Below, in pieces: positions 8,482-18,902 of a stretch of DNA of 64,000 nucleotides. The position numbers and the translations under genes were made by a program. How positions within the stretch are numbered: the first letter of the stretch is position 1; every line of letters starts with the position of its first letter. The stretch spans positions 64,001 through 128,000 of the forward strand of contig JAYTHY010000074.1 of NCBI GenBank assembly GCA_043732185.1, in the 5' to 3' direction. The notes under the pieces are model-generated. The model saw nothing but the letters and a program-made list of their open reading frames with translations. It had not been told where the DNA came from and ran no database searches. This DNA is from Fibrobacteria bacterium. Its GTDB lineage: Bacteria; Fibrobacterota; Fibrobacteria; UBA11236.

Positions 8482-9921
8482 CTAAACCCGCAGCGCTTCC
8501 TGATCCAAGGTTTTCCAGTCCGATTGCTTAGCAAGCACCGGTTCCACTTCTTGCGTTAAAAACTCTTCGGTGATCTCCGCAGACCGTCCGGTGAATTGGG
8601 TCGGATCGAGCAAGGCCTTGATGGCTTGGGCATCCATGCCAAAGGCGGGATCGGCTGCAATACGCGTCATGAGGTCGTTGTCCAGTCCTTCCTGCTTCAC
8701 CTGTTTTGCCGCCGCTAGGGAATGCTTGCGAATCGACTCGTGTAAATCTTGCCGATTGCCTCCCGCTTTCACTCCAGCCATGAGAATATTCTCTGTCGCC
8801 ATAAAGGGCAGCTCGGCCAACACATGCCGGGCGATGATTTTGGGGTACACCACCAAACCTTGCGAAATATTTTCCGCTAGGATCAACATGGCATCAATGG
8901 CTAGAAAAGCCTGCGGGATAGAGAGGCGCTTATTGGCAGAATCATCCAATGTCCGTTCAAACCATTGCGTGGAAGCCGTGAAGGCCGTGCTGGAAACCTG
9001 GGCTTGCACAAATCTGGCCAGGGACCCGATGCGCTCGGCACGCATGGGATTGCGCTTGTAGGCCATGGCGGAGGAGCCGATTTGGTCGGCCTCAAAAGGC
9101 TCCTCGATTTCCTTGAGGCTTTGCAAGAGCCGCAGGTCGGTGGTGAACTTGGCCAAGGATTGGGAAATATTGGAAAGCACCGCCAGTACTTTGGAGTCGA
9201 GTTTGCGGGTGTAGGTTTGGCCCGAAACTCCCAAACTCCGTGCGAAACCGGCCTTGCGCGTGACGCTTTCATCCAAGGCTTTGACCTTGGCATGATCGCC
9301 GTCAAAGAGTTCCAGGAAGCTGGCTTGCGTGCCGGTAGTGCCTTTTACACCTAGGAAAGGCAATCCGTCTGAAACGAAATTAAGCTCTTCCAAATCCAGC
9401 AGCAGGTCCTGAATCCACAGACAAGCCCGTTTGCCAACAGTCGTCAATTGAGCGGGCTGAAAATGGGTGAAGCCCAAGGTAGGCATGGTTTTGTACTGCC
9501 GGGCAAAATCGGAAAGAGCGGCGATGACGCGCAGAATGCGGCGGCGCGTCAAGTCCAGGGCGGCGCGCGCCTGGATGAGATCGGTATTGTCGGTGACATA
9601 GGCGGAGGTGGCTCCTAAATGGATGATACCGGCGGCTTGCGGGCATTGAAGCCCGTAGGCGTGGACATGGGCCATGACATCGTGACGGACAATTTTTTCC
9701 CGTTTTTCCGCTTCCGCGAAATTGATGGTCTTTTCCGCAAGGCGCAGCTCTGCGATTTGGGCGGACGTGATGCCTAGTCCCAACTCCTTTTCAGCTTCGG
9801 CGAGCAGGATCCAAAGATGTCGCCAGGTTTGGAATTTGAACTGGGGGGAAAATAAAAATCCCATTTTGGCCGAGGCATAGCGCTTGATAAGCGGGTTTTC
9901 ATAGGTTTGATACTCTTGCAT
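8482..9921 (-). CDS. purB: Adenylosuccinate lyase
   Basis: [33 protein letters not shown] and signature [10 protein letters not shown]. Confidence 0.97.
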   Translation of the reverse strand: MQEYQTYENPLIKRYASAKMGFLFSPQFKFQTWRHLWILLAEAEKELGLGITSAQIAELRLAEKTINFAEAEKREKIVRHDVMAHVHAYGLQCPQAAGIIHLGATSAYVTDNTDLIQARAALDLTRRRILRVIAALSDFARQYKTMPTLGFTHFQPAQLTTVGKRACLWIQDLLLDLEELNFVSDGLPFLGVKGTTGTQASFLELFDGDHAKVKALDESVTRKAGFARSLGVSGQTYTRKLDSKVLAVLSNISQSLAKFTTDLRLLQSLKEIEEPFEADQIGSSAMAYKRNPMRAERIGSLARFVQAQVSSTAFTASTQWFERTLDDSANKRLSIPQAFLAIDAMLILAENISQGLVVYPKIIARHVLAELPFMATENILMAGVKAGGNRQDLHESIRKHSLAAAKQVKQEGLDNDLMTRIAADPAFGMDAQAIKALLDPTQFTGRSAEITEEFLTQEVEPVLAKQSDWKTLDQEALRV

Positions 9922-10025
9922 GTCTAATCGTCCATTCTGTCTTTTGTCCCCAAAATAGCTCATGATCCCATAAGCGGAAAGTCACTGGAGGCGATCGGGA
10001 ACGGGATGTTATTACTTTTTGAAAC

Positions 10026-10949
10026 ATGGACAGGTTTTCCCTCCGAATCCTCGGTTATTGCCTCCTTGCCTTGACCCTTTTCCGAGGTAATGCCAACGCT
10101 ACCCCACTCGGTTGTCAGGCCCCGCCCCCAAAGGCTCAACCTCTGCTTCCCGGTATCCATGTCTCTGCATGCACCGCGCTTGATTCCACAGCCTATCCGC
10201 CTACTTCCGGCAGGCATTTTGGAGCCTGGGCTGATTTCAAGATATACACACAGCCGGTGACGCCCGGCTATTGGCTGCATAGCGCCGAACACGGGGCCGT
10301 AGTTATACTCTACAATTGTCCTCAAGGCTGTCCCCAAGCTATCGAGGCGATTACGACCCTTATCCATTCGCTTCCGCAAGATCCCCTTTGCCTGTCGACT
10401 TCCTCTAACAAAACGGAACGCCGGGTAATTTTGGCGCCGGATAGACGGATGGATTCCACCTTTGCCATGGTCGCCTGGGGCTGGTCTTTGACTACGAACT
10501 GTTTGGATACCGCCGCCATGCGCGCCTTTTACACCGACCATTTTGGCAAAGCCACCGAAAACCTATGCTATAGCGGTGTCGACTCTTCCAGCTCACATTG
10601 GTGCAATGAACCAACGGTCGGCATTAAATCCAAGGCTCGCGGTTTGCACATGGACAGAGGCATGCACTTGGACAGGGGCGTGCTGCCTTCGGGTATTCTC
10701 TGGGAAGGATCGTTGTCCGAACGGGTGCAGCTCTCTCTGGAGATTTCTACGGCAACGGGCACGCGGCTCAAAACTGTTCCGCTTGGTCTGGCCGGACCAG
10801 GTCCAGCACAAGCTGTTTGGAAAAATTCCTTTTGTCAAAATGCCAGTACGAGCTGTGCCACAGGCGTCCTATGCAGAGTTGTATCCACTGGTTCTGGGTC
10901 TGGTTCCCATGTACTGGTTGAAAAATTCATTTTACCTTTTCGGCCCTGA
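10026..10949 (+). CDS. Secreted DUF3105-domain protein with C-terminal sorting-like domain
   Basis: Signal peptide; YPPTSGRH...W, LHSAEHGAVVILYNC and AWGW are characteristic of DUF3105. Confidence 0.75.
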   Translation: MDRFSLRILGYCLLALTLFRGNANATPLGCQAPPPKAQPLLPGIHVSACTALDSTAYPPTSGRHFGAWADFKIYTQPVTPGYWLHSAEHGAVVILYNCPQGCPQAIEAITTLIHSLPQDPLCLSTSSNKTERRVILAPDRRMDSTFAMVAWGWSLTTNCLDTAAMRAFYTDHFGKATENLCYSGVDSSSSHWCNEPTVGIKSKARGLHMDRGMHLDRGVLPSGILWEGSLSERVQLSLEISTATGTRLKTVPLGLAGPGPAQAVWKNSFCQNASTSCATGVLCRVVSTGSGSGSHVLVEKFILPFRP

Positions 10950-11038
10950 TCGCAATTAATTCGGTGTTTTAAAAGCTCGCAGCTAGGGCGTGCCACCGCC
11001 ATGTTTCAGGATGTATACTGTCTGCTTACGGAGGAATC

Positions 11039-14000
11039 ATGATCGCATCGCAAACGCGCAACCGCCTTGGGTTTGAAGGAGGCGCTTCGCTAGCGCCCAA
11101 TCCGGAGGAAATCGTTCCCGTCATTCATCTTAAAATGATGGCCACGGGTCTCGAACCCCCCACACACGGAGGCAAAGCGGAATTCACAGCGCTTACCGCC
11201 GATCTTATCCGCAAAATTCAGGCAAAGTTCCGCAGCTACCCACAGCCATTATGCCCGTTGGACAAACGCATTCAGGAATTCCTCGACCAGAATTTCCAAG
11301 ACGTAGGACTTCCCGGAAAATTGGAACTTCCTTTGCAAACCTTGCATCTGGATTTCCATGGTTTGGCCCGCGCCTTGTCCTTACCCGCCCAAGGCGATCG
11401 CTTTGATTCCGAATACGTAAAATCCTACCGGACCAGCCAAGGCGTGCTGCACAATCCCGCTACCGACCGACGTACCACCAAAGGTACCTTTCATGTCGGT
11501 GAAGGAGGACTGCCTATCTCCGCTGACAAACTAGCCGTGCCCAAACAAACTTTTGCGCGTTTGTTATGGCATGCGCTCCGTCCCACGGCCAACCTTATGG
11601 AACTTCCGTATACGCATGGTTCCAAAAAGCCGGCCCATGTATTCACTTCTCTTTTCATCCGACCCCTGGTCAGCCCGGAAGTGCCCGGCTTGCGGTCTTA
11701 CAAAGACATGGAAATCCGTCTCTTTGCCCCGGCCAGTTTGGTTTCAAACCTGGACTTTGTGGAATCCATTTTCGGCAATGCTGGGGATCCGTACCTGCCG
11801 GAAAATGATGCTGGACTGGACCCGGAGCATTTTTCCGGGATGACGGGATGCATCATATTGGCGCCACAGCTGAAGGGACTCCGCAAGAAGGAGCTGGGCC
11901 TGCCGCATATTTCTGAAGCCACGGCCGCCCACAAGCGCGACGGCATGTGCTGGACCGATCCGGATGAGCTCTATAACGGCGGCAAAGCTTTCAAAGCCAC
12001 CTTCCGCACCGCCGAAGGCGTGATCCTCACCTTGATCACGGACAACTATTTTGGGTATTGCAAAAAAGAAGTCAAGACCATGATGAGCTTTGCCTGCAAC
12101 CTCATGGGCGGGAGTGAAGAAGAACACGCCGGCGGCGCCCTTATTTTTCCGAGCTACACTCTGGGGGATTTTACCCAGCACAATGCCTCTTATATTCGGC
12201 AGCGCGGTCATTCCTTCAAGCAAGTCCGGCGCTTATTGGGTGACAGTATTTCCGTACATGCCGACGGTTACGCGCGCGACAAACTTTTTCCACGCGTCGT
12301 GTATTTACCTGAAGATGCAGAAATTTTCCTATTAGATCAGCGCATCATTTGGAAAAAGGATGGCAAAGCGCGTTCCTTGCGGTTGCTGCCCGACCACCAT
12401 TATGTTTATCCCAGCGGCTATAAGGTGCACATGGAGAAGCATCCCGACGCGCCAACGTGGCGTCTGATTGGAACGGTGGCTGAGGGTGTGCTCTGTCATA
12501 AACCCTGTACCGTTTCCGGTGGTGGAAAAAGTGAAATTTCCAAATCCATCTCCGACTCCATTCTCTATCGCACTTTCTATATCCACGATTTCAACAAGGA
12601 TTTCGACGCGGCGGAAAAGGTCCTGCATCATGATTTTACCAAACGATTTCAAAAAGCACCCAAGAGCAAAGCCAAAGCCACCAGAGAAATCTTGAATGCA
12701 AGCCGCTCTTTGGGATCCGTAGTCCGCTTGTTGACGCCTTCTCCAGAATACACGGCGGAATACAACCGCTGGCTTAAGAATATGCCTCCCTTAGTGCGAT
12801 CTCTCGTCTTCACTATCAAGCGTTTTTACCGGCCCGAATGGGGCGATGAAATCCGCTCCCATTTCAGTGTCGATATCGTCGACGGCAGACCGGGCCATGA
12901 ATTGAGCTACAACCATAAAAAACTGGTGTCCAGTTATCTCAAAGTCGGTATTGACGAAAACCGCAGTTGGCGGGTATTCCGCCTGCGCACCGATTTTGTT
13001 CCAGCCCAGAAACTCCAGGTTGAAGACGATATTACCGTATCAACGGTGTTACCTGTAGAAGACGGCTTGCCCGGCGAAGTTGAAATCGCTGCGGGCGAGG
13101 CTCCCTTGGCAGGAAAATCCCGAACCAGTGGCGCCTACTCCCGAAAATTTGTGCAAAACTGCGAATACCGTCTTTTTCAAAGACCGGATGATGCCGTGCA
13201 CCCAGGCCTCGATCGACAGGCAGAGAAAGATTTGTCCGCACCCCATAACTTCATGTCCAATTACGAACCCTTGACCAATGCGGATGTGCGCGAAATCCTG
13301 GAAGACGCCATTGTCCTCTCCCGGTTTACTCCACCGATGCGGCATGCCATTGAAAAAGCCGCGGACCAATCGTCCAGTTACTTTGTCTGTTCGGCACGAC
13401 CCCGCATGATCGATGGAAAACCCAGCGCTAATGTCCGTTACCTGCAAAACCGACCGGACTTGGTAAATCCCTTTGCCATGCATTTAGCCGACGTGGGCAT
13501 TAGGCTTAGGCGTAAGCTCACCGCCACCGAACCCGTTCTTAATCCAGTGAATGCTGTGCTGATTGGCAGACGCAATAATCCACCAGAACCGGAAGCCGGT
13601 ATCCGGCCTTTAGCGGTCTACAACCCGCTGCATTTTCAAGAATTGCCCGAGGCATTTATGGATTTCATTTCCAGCCCTACTGGCAAATCCCCTTCCACCA
13701 CCGGAGCGGGATCGGAAGGCGCACTGACCAAAGGTCCCTTCAATGCCCTTTGGCCTACGGCGGATCTCAATGCCGCCTTGGTTTCATTCATCTTGACGGG
13801 ACTTCAAGTATTCTCAACACCGGCCGGACATATCGGCGGAAACTACCGGGTGGATCATGATATGAGCTTGCTCATCCCGGAACTCTGGAGCCGCATGACG
13901 GCTGAAGAGCGGGATGCAGGAAAACTCATCAGCAATGGTTACCTATCCCGAATGAGCGATTTCCAATTCAAAGGCCGCCTCATTCCCGCTGGTAGACTTG

Positions 14001-14542
14001 GCTTTCGTATCAACGCCAGATTTGTGCATGCCTTCTTGGGCCGAATATTCTCGGATCCGTTGGCGGTCTTTCCGGAAGATATGTTGGAACCGGAAAAACA
14101 AAGCCAGGCCCACTTTGCGGACGGAGTGGAAAATATCGTCGCCACCCAACAGGCTTCGGCCCAATTTTATTTCGAAGACGGCAGTATCGAAGCCGCCTGC
14201 CCGCCGTTGCAGGCGCTACTGCACATCATGACTAAAGGTTCCTGGGAAGGCAAAACGCTCCGCAGTCCGGAGCTTCGAAAAATGTTCACCCGCGAAGAAA
14301 TGCTCAAGTCCGATTGGTACCACCAGCGACTGATTCGGCAAATGGAAAAGGATAAATCGCTATGGGAAAAACATAGGGCTTATCTCAAGGATTTCATCGG
14401 TAAGGATTCCAATCGAAAATCTGTCAGTCAATTGGGTCTTGCGCGGCGCCTTGCCTTGGTGGAAAAAAATATCCGTACAGTTAAGCAGTCGACCTATCTC
14501 AAATCTTTATCGGGAAGTTTGGGAGTGGATCCCATTCTCTAG
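11039..14542 (+). CDS. PPi-type phosphoenolpyruvate carboxykinase (PEP carboxytransphosphorylase)
   Basis: 1167 aa; HNPATDRRTTKGTFH, NLDFVESIFGNAGDP, DNYFGYCKKEVKT, HKPCTVSGGGKSEISKS, GKSPSTTGAGSEGALTKGPFN. Confidence 0.9.
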   Translation: MIASQTRNRLGFEGGASLAPNPEEIVPVIHLKMMATGLEPPTHGGKAEFTALTADLIRKIQAKFRSYPQPLCPLDKRIQEFLDQNFQDVGLPGKLELPLQTLHLDFHGLARALSLPAQGDRFDSEYVKSYRTSQGVLHNPATDRRTTKGTFHVGEGGLPISADKLAVPKQTFARLLWHALRPTANLMELPYTHGSKKPAHVFTSLFIRPLVSPEVPGLRSYKDMEIRLFAPASLVSNLDFVESIFGNAGDPYLPENDAGLDPEHFSGMTGCIILAPQLKGLRKKELGLPHISEATAAHKRDGMCWTDPDELYNGGKAFKATFRTAEGVILTLITDNYFGYCKKEVKTMMSFACNLMGGSEEEHAGGALIFPSYTLGDFTQHNASYIRQRGHSFKQVRRLLGDSISVHADGYARDKLFPRVVYLPEDAEIFLLDQRIIWKKDGKARSLRLLPDHHYVYPSGYKVHMEKHPDAPTWRLIGTVAEGVLCHKPCTVSGGGKSEISKSISDSILYRTFYIHDFNKDFDAAEKVLHHDFTKRFQKAPKSKAKATREILNASRSLGSVVRLLTPSPEYTAEYNRWLKNMPPLVRSLVFTIKRFYRPEWGDEIRSHFSVDIVDGRPGHELSYNHKKLVSSYLKVGIDENRSWRVFRLRTDFVPAQKLQVEDDITVSTVLPVEDGLPGEVEIAAGEAPLAGKSRTSGAYSRKFVQNCEYRLFQRPDDAVHPGLDRQAEKDLSAPHNFMSNYEPLTNADVREILEDAIVLSRFTPPMRHAIEKAADQSSSYFVCSARPRMIDGKPSANVRYLQNRPDLVNPFAMHLADVGIRLRRKLTATEPVLNPVNAVLIGRRNNPPEPEAGIRPLAVYNPLHFQELPEAFMDFISSPTGKSPSTTGAGSEGALTKGPFNALWPTADLNAALVSFILTGLQVFSTPAGHIGGNYRVDHDMSLLIPELWSRMTAEERDAGKLISNGYLSRMSDFQFKGRLIPAGRLGFRINARFVHAFLGRIFSDPLAVFPEDMLEPEKQSQAHFADGVENIVATQQASAQFYFEDGSIEAACPPLQALLHIMTKGSWEGKTLRSPELRKMFTREEMLKSDWYHQRLIRQMEKDKSLWEKHRAYLKDFIGKDSNRKSVSQLGLARRLALVEKNIRTVKQSTYLKSLSGSLGVDPIL

Positions 14543-14568
14543 ACATTATTTATAGACAGTATTTAAAT

Positions 14569-14604
14569 AAGCCGGGCCGCATAATTTTCGGGCCCGGCTT
14601 TTTT
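14569..14604 (+). terminator. Rho-independent terminator between convergent genes
   Basis: AAGCCGGGCC-N12-GGCCCGGCTT then TTTT. Confidence 0.8.
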
Positions 14605-14620
14605 GCTTCAGGCTGATTTT

Positions 14621-16396
14621 TTAGGGAGCATAAGTAGGATTTCCTGTCTTCCAGCTGATTGGATAACGAACACAGGCCTTATTGATCACGCCATCCACTG
14701 GCGCCGGATAAAAATCCGGGTAGGAATATATTCCATAAGGGTCGATAAAGTACCATTTGCTGTCTATCGGGTCCCGGTGGGCAAAGAAAATATGCAAATG
14801 GGTGTTGGGTCCTGTTCCGCCGCTCATGCAACCGCATCCACCAGGGCCGGTGCTTCCGCTATAAGCAATTGTCTGACCAGCAACCACGCTCGTTCCTAGA
14901 AGTGCCATGTCTATTTTTTTCGCGCTAACTCCCCACCAATCGGATTTCGGGTTACGGAAGGCGGCACTTTGCGAGCAGCCGGTATTGTTCAAATAGGTTG
15001 AATACGTGGCCTTATCCGTAGCGTTGAAATTCGGAATGGTTTTATTCCAAGCATTGTCGCAATCATTATAGGGATCGTTTTGCAGGTGCATGTAAATAGT
15101 GCGATAGACGTCTTTCTTGAGGCCTACATCATGGCTGATAACCATGGTATTTCCCGACCACCAATCCCAACCAATATGGATGACTTTGCCTGGCGCAGCA
15201 GCCACAATTTCAAAAGTCTTTTTGTCGTTCCGTTGATAATCAATGGCATGATGCCAGGATCCCGGACTATACAGCCACGCATTATGCCAAAGGTCCGTAG
15301 CAGGAATTTTAAAGGGTAAGGTGAAAATCGGATCTTTCGCGTCATAGAGAACCGAGTTTCGAGAATATACTTCGGACCCGATTTTTAAATTCGGCCAGCT
15401 ATAGATAACTGCATCACCGGGATTTGCAGCAGGACACGTGGAAGGATTGCCTTCGCAATGGATGGGGCCAGCGGTAATTCCATAATCATACCCATCACGC
15501 CCATTTGTGGCCGGATTATCTGGCATCAGAACATGGTTTAGGCAATTGGGGTCACAGCCACCCGCATAGGTTTCCAAATCTATTAAACGCAAGCCTGATG
15601 CAGCATTTTCAGCCCACTTTGAAGTAAAACTTTCCCAATCCACTCCACCCCAGAGGGAATAGCCATCAGCGCCTTCACGCCAAACACCGAGGTAAATTCT
15701 TTTACCGTTTTCCACAAAGGACTCCACGTCAATCAAGCGTTCATTCTGCGCGCCGAGATCTTTCCAATACGTGACGAATTGATTCCAATCCTTTCCGTAT
15801 GGGGATAAAACATATCCTCCAGTTCCACCGCGGAATACACCCAGAAAACATCGGGTGCTCCCATTCATATACGATTCAATATTTATGAGCCGCAATCCTT
15901 GACTGCTGGCCGTCCCCCAAAACGTGTTGAACGCAGACCAGTCCAGGTTAAGGGGCGTAAGCGCATATCCATCGTTACCCCCTCGGAAAACACCCATGAA
16001 ATAGGTGGTTCCATTATCGACGTATGTTTCAACTTGAATGAGCCGGAGCCCTTTCTTGCTATTGTCGCTCCAAAATGTGTTGAATGCCGACCAAGTTAGA
16101 TGCAGAGGCGTAAGCGCATACCCATCCGTTCCGCCTTCCCATACACCCGTCCATTTGCGCACCCCACCAACCGTATACGTTTTAATATTAATTAGGCGTA
16201 AATTTTTCCCACCTAAGTCGCTCCACTTGGTATTGAATTCCGACCAGCTCACGCCCGCCCACAAGTAATAACCACTGTTTCCGGATCGCCAAACTCCCGT
16301 GTAAACATCCTGCGCCGAAGGGAGCGCCGCGAACAACAATATCAGCCCCGCGAAAAATGAAAATGATTTTTGACTCAATAAATGAAGACTACGCAT
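14621..16396 (-). CDS. Secreted M23-family metallopeptidase with about five N-terminal ~50-aa tandem repeats (BTRD1/polyglycine-hydrolase-like)
   Basis: Repeats of the form W..F...W......GLRLI.IETY.....Y.GVWR.G; C-terminal HHAID (HxxxD), YMHL and THLHI Zn motifs. Confidence 0.8.
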   Translation of the reverse strand: MRSLHLLSQKSFSFFAGLILLFAALPSAQDVYTGVWRSGNSGYYLWAGVSWSEFNTKWSDLGGKNLRLINIKTYTVGGVRKWTGVWEGGTDGYALTPLHLTWSAFNTFWSDNSKKGLRLIQVETYVDNGTTYFMGVFRGGNDGYALTPLNLDWSAFNTFWGTASSQGLRLINIESYMNGSTRCFLGVFRGGTGGYVLSPYGKDWNQFVTYWKDLGAQNERLIDVESFVENGKRIYLGVWREGADGYSLWGGVDWESFTSKWAENAASGLRLIDLETYAGGCDPNCLNHVLMPDNPATNGRDGYDYGITAGPIHCEGNPSTCPAANPGDAVIYSWPNLKIGSEVYSRNSVLYDAKDPIFTLPFKIPATDLWHNAWLYSPGSWHHAIDYQRNDKKTFEIVAAAPGKVIHIGWDWWSGNTMVISHDVGLKKDVYRTIYMHLQNDPYNDCDNAWNKTIPNFNATDKATYSTYLNNTGCSQSAAFRNPKSDWWGVSAKKIDMALLGTSVVAGQTIAYSGSTGPGGCGCMSGGTGPNTHLHIFFAHRDPIDSKWYFIDPYGIYSYPDFYPAPVDGVINKACVRYPISWKTGNPTYAP

Positions 16397-16519
16397 GATT
16401 GATTACTCCTGGAAAGGTTTAATGAACTTAGTTGATAGGACACTTGTAGGATTAGAGCGAGGCGAGGCTAAATGGGTAACACGAAAAGGGGATCCAAAAT
16501 GGAATTGAACTAGGAATTT

Positions 16520-17902
16520 TTATGGAGTAAAGAAATACCCGCGTCGCGAAATATTCGTGTGACGTTTTCCCGTCAAATCATAAATCCGATGTCCTTTGGA
16601 ACCATCACTGTGCTGGTTCGGCTGGATTTGGATCGGCATTCTGTTTATTGAAGCGGATCCTTGATATTCAAAAGCACCGGCATCCGGATGCGCACCGAAC
16701 AAAGCGGGCCGCCCCATATAATCCTTTGCGTAACCCAATTCCATTCCGATATTGATGGCGGGGCTTCCTACCAGAAGATCATAATTACCCCCGTCAAAAT
16801 TCACGAACATTGGGTTCCCGGTTTTTTCCGTGGCATGCTGAGTGAAGCCCAGTCCCCCACCAGTCAGAGAAAACAGGTTGTTGGTGTGGGTGATGTTGGG
16901 ATTGTCCGTTACGTACCAATTGTTCAAATGGAAAATGTTATTCCGAAGACTAACGGACATTGGAGTGGTATTGAAGAAATAAATCGATCGCGTTGCTCCC
17001 CAGCCCGCATGAGGTTGGGTTTGGATGATGGTATTGTGATCCACTGAAAAGTTATTAAAGGCTACCGCATATTGGCCGGTGGTATTGAACAAGCCAAACC
17101 ATCCATTGTTCACGGCCACGTTATATGCCACCCGGGAATTTGTAACGCCCCCGCCGGTACGCCCCCCGGACTCCATAAACCCCTCACAGCCTGTAGCAAA
17201 ATTGTGGTGCACGTAGCAGTCACTCAGGACAACGCCATCCGCCCACCATTCCACTGCACCCCCATCCAGCACATAGTCGTAACTGGGTCCTTTGCAATTC
17301 ACAAATGTGTTGTAGGAAATTTCCACACGCGAGGCCGCCATCCAAATTCCAACTGCCCCCGCGTCATTATCCGGGGCAGGATCGTTGGTCACCATGATGA
17401 GATCGTGGATATAGTTTTTCGTGATCAAATTATCGGTACCAGAAATCCACATTCCTCCACCACAAACCGTGATTTCGCAGCCGCGCACTTCATTGTGCAT
17501 CGCTCCCGCATTGATCACAATCCCCAGGTTTGCCACATTCGCGACTGTCAAGCTTTCCACCACCACCCAACTTGAGTTCATGCGGATCCCTTGGCCTGTA
17601 AAGCGCGGCTTTGCGCCTGCACCAATAGAACGGAATAGAATGGGATTCCCCTGCACGCCGCTTTGTTCAATGGCTAATACTTCCGTGAAGGTGGATCCCG
17701 CCACAAAATTTACGATGTCCCCGGCGACAAAGGTATGCGCGCGAATTGGGGCTAGACTTTTCCAAGCAGTGGTCAGCGAGAGTCCGGAAAAAGAATCCGT
17801 GCCATTTCGACTGTCCACAAAAAATTGGGTGGCAAAAGCCGGGAGGGCAAAAAAGCTCAGGACCAAGGACAGCAAACGGACTCGATATATTCGCATTTCC
17901 AA
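16520..17902 (-). CDS. Secreted right-handed beta-helix (pectate lyase-like) protein
   Basis: Signal peptide; FFVDSRNGTDS..G....AWKSL; Asn-rich coils; GSPAINIG...PDAGAFEY; short tail IYDLTGK. Confidence 0.8.
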   Translation of the reverse strand: MEMRIYRVRLLSLVLSFFALPAFATQFFVDSRNGTDSFSGLSLTTAWKSLAPIRAHTFVAGDIVNFVAGSTFTEVLAIEQSGVQGNPILFRSIGAGAKPRFTGQGIRMNSSWVVVESLTVANVANLGIVINAGAMHNEVRGCEITVCGGGMWISGTDNLITKNYIHDLIMVTNDPAPDNDAGAVGIWMAASRVEISYNTFVNCKGPSYDYVLDGGAVEWWADGVVLSDCYVHHNFATGCEGFMESGGRTGGGVTNSRVAYNVAVNNGWFGLFNTTGQYAVAFNNFSVDHNTIIQTQPHAGWGATRSIYFFNTTPMSVSLRNNIFHLNNWYVTDNPNITHTNNLFSLTGGGLGFTQHATEKTGNPMFVNFDGGNYDLLVGSPAINIGMELGYAKDYMGRPALFGAHPDAGAFEYQGSASINRMPIQIQPNQHSDGSKGHRIYDLTGKRHTNISRRGYFFTP

Positions 17903-17948
17903 AATGTAAGGCCTTTCCTCTTTTTAAGTTGAGTATCTTTCCTCAATC

Positions 17949-18833
17949 TTGAAGCAAATTCCACCTTCCAAGTCATTGTCTCACTCCGGCACGCTTTACG
18001 CCTTGGTGGCCTATACACTATGGGGCTTGCTGCCAATATACTGGAAGGCCCTACATGCCATTCCCCTAAGCCAAGTTCTGGCCCACCGGGTGCTCTGGTC
18101 CTTAGTCACTATAGTCCTTTTACTGGGAGCCACGGGTCGGTTCAGAGATTTTCGTTCAGCTCTAGCCAACCGCCGCCAACGCTACCTTTTAGGCTTGAGC
18201 TCCTTACTCATCGGCGCCAATTGGTCCATTTACATTCTTGCCGTTTACCGGGGTGAATTGGTGCAAGCCAGTTTAGGCTACTATATCAATCCCCTCCTGA
18301 GCATCGGGCTTGGTGTACTCGCCCTGGGAGAACGATTAAATCGAGTCCAAATCACGGCCGTAGTATTGGCCGGTTTGGGAGTTTTGGTATTGGGCTGGCA
18401 ACACCAGGGGCTTCCCTGGGTGGCTTTAGGATTGGCATTCACTTTTGCATTCTATGGCTTTGTAAAGAAAAAAATAGCCGTGGATTCTTTGGCAGGGCTT
18501 GGCGTGGAAACACTTTGGTTGGTTCCACTGGCGATTGGCTACCTGGTCTATCTCGCATCCGGACCTGAGCCACAAGCCTTTACCGAAGGCGGAAAAACCA
18601 CCTGTCTCCTTCTCGGTACAGGTATTATAACCCTTGCTCCACTTTTCTTTTTCAACGGGGCGGCAAAAAGATTGCCGTTATCCATACTGGGTTTTTTCCA
18701 GTACTTAAGTCCAAGTATTCAATTGGTAATCGCCGTTGTCTGGTTTCACGAGCCCTTCACCAGATGGCACGCTGCGGCTTTCGGTCTAATTTGGACGGGC
18801 CTACTTCTCTTTACCATGCGCCGCAAAGCGTAA
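17949..18833 (+). CDS. rarD: EamA/RarD family permease
   Basis: WGLLPIYWK, HRVLWS, ASLGYYINPL, GFFQYLSP; about 10 TM segments. Confidence 0.93.
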   Translation: MKQIPPSKSLSHSGTLYALVAYTLWGLLPIYWKALHAIPLSQVLAHRVLWSLVTIVLLLGATGRFRDFRSALANRRQRYLLGLSSLLIGANWSIYILAVYRGELVQASLGYYINPLLSIGLGVLALGERLNRVQITAVVLAGLGVLVLGWQHQGLPWVALGLAFTFAFYGFVKKKIAVDSLAGLGVETLWLVPLAIGYLVYLASGPEPQAFTEGGKTTCLLLGTGIITLAPLFFFNGAAKRLPLSILGFFQYLSPSIQLVIAVVWFHEPFTRWHAAAFGLIWTGLLLFTMRRKA

Positions 18834-18902
18834 GCAACCCAAAATCAAAGTTCAGCTTTTTTTTCCAACTGATGGCAGTACTATGATCCTTTGGAGGTAG
18901 GT

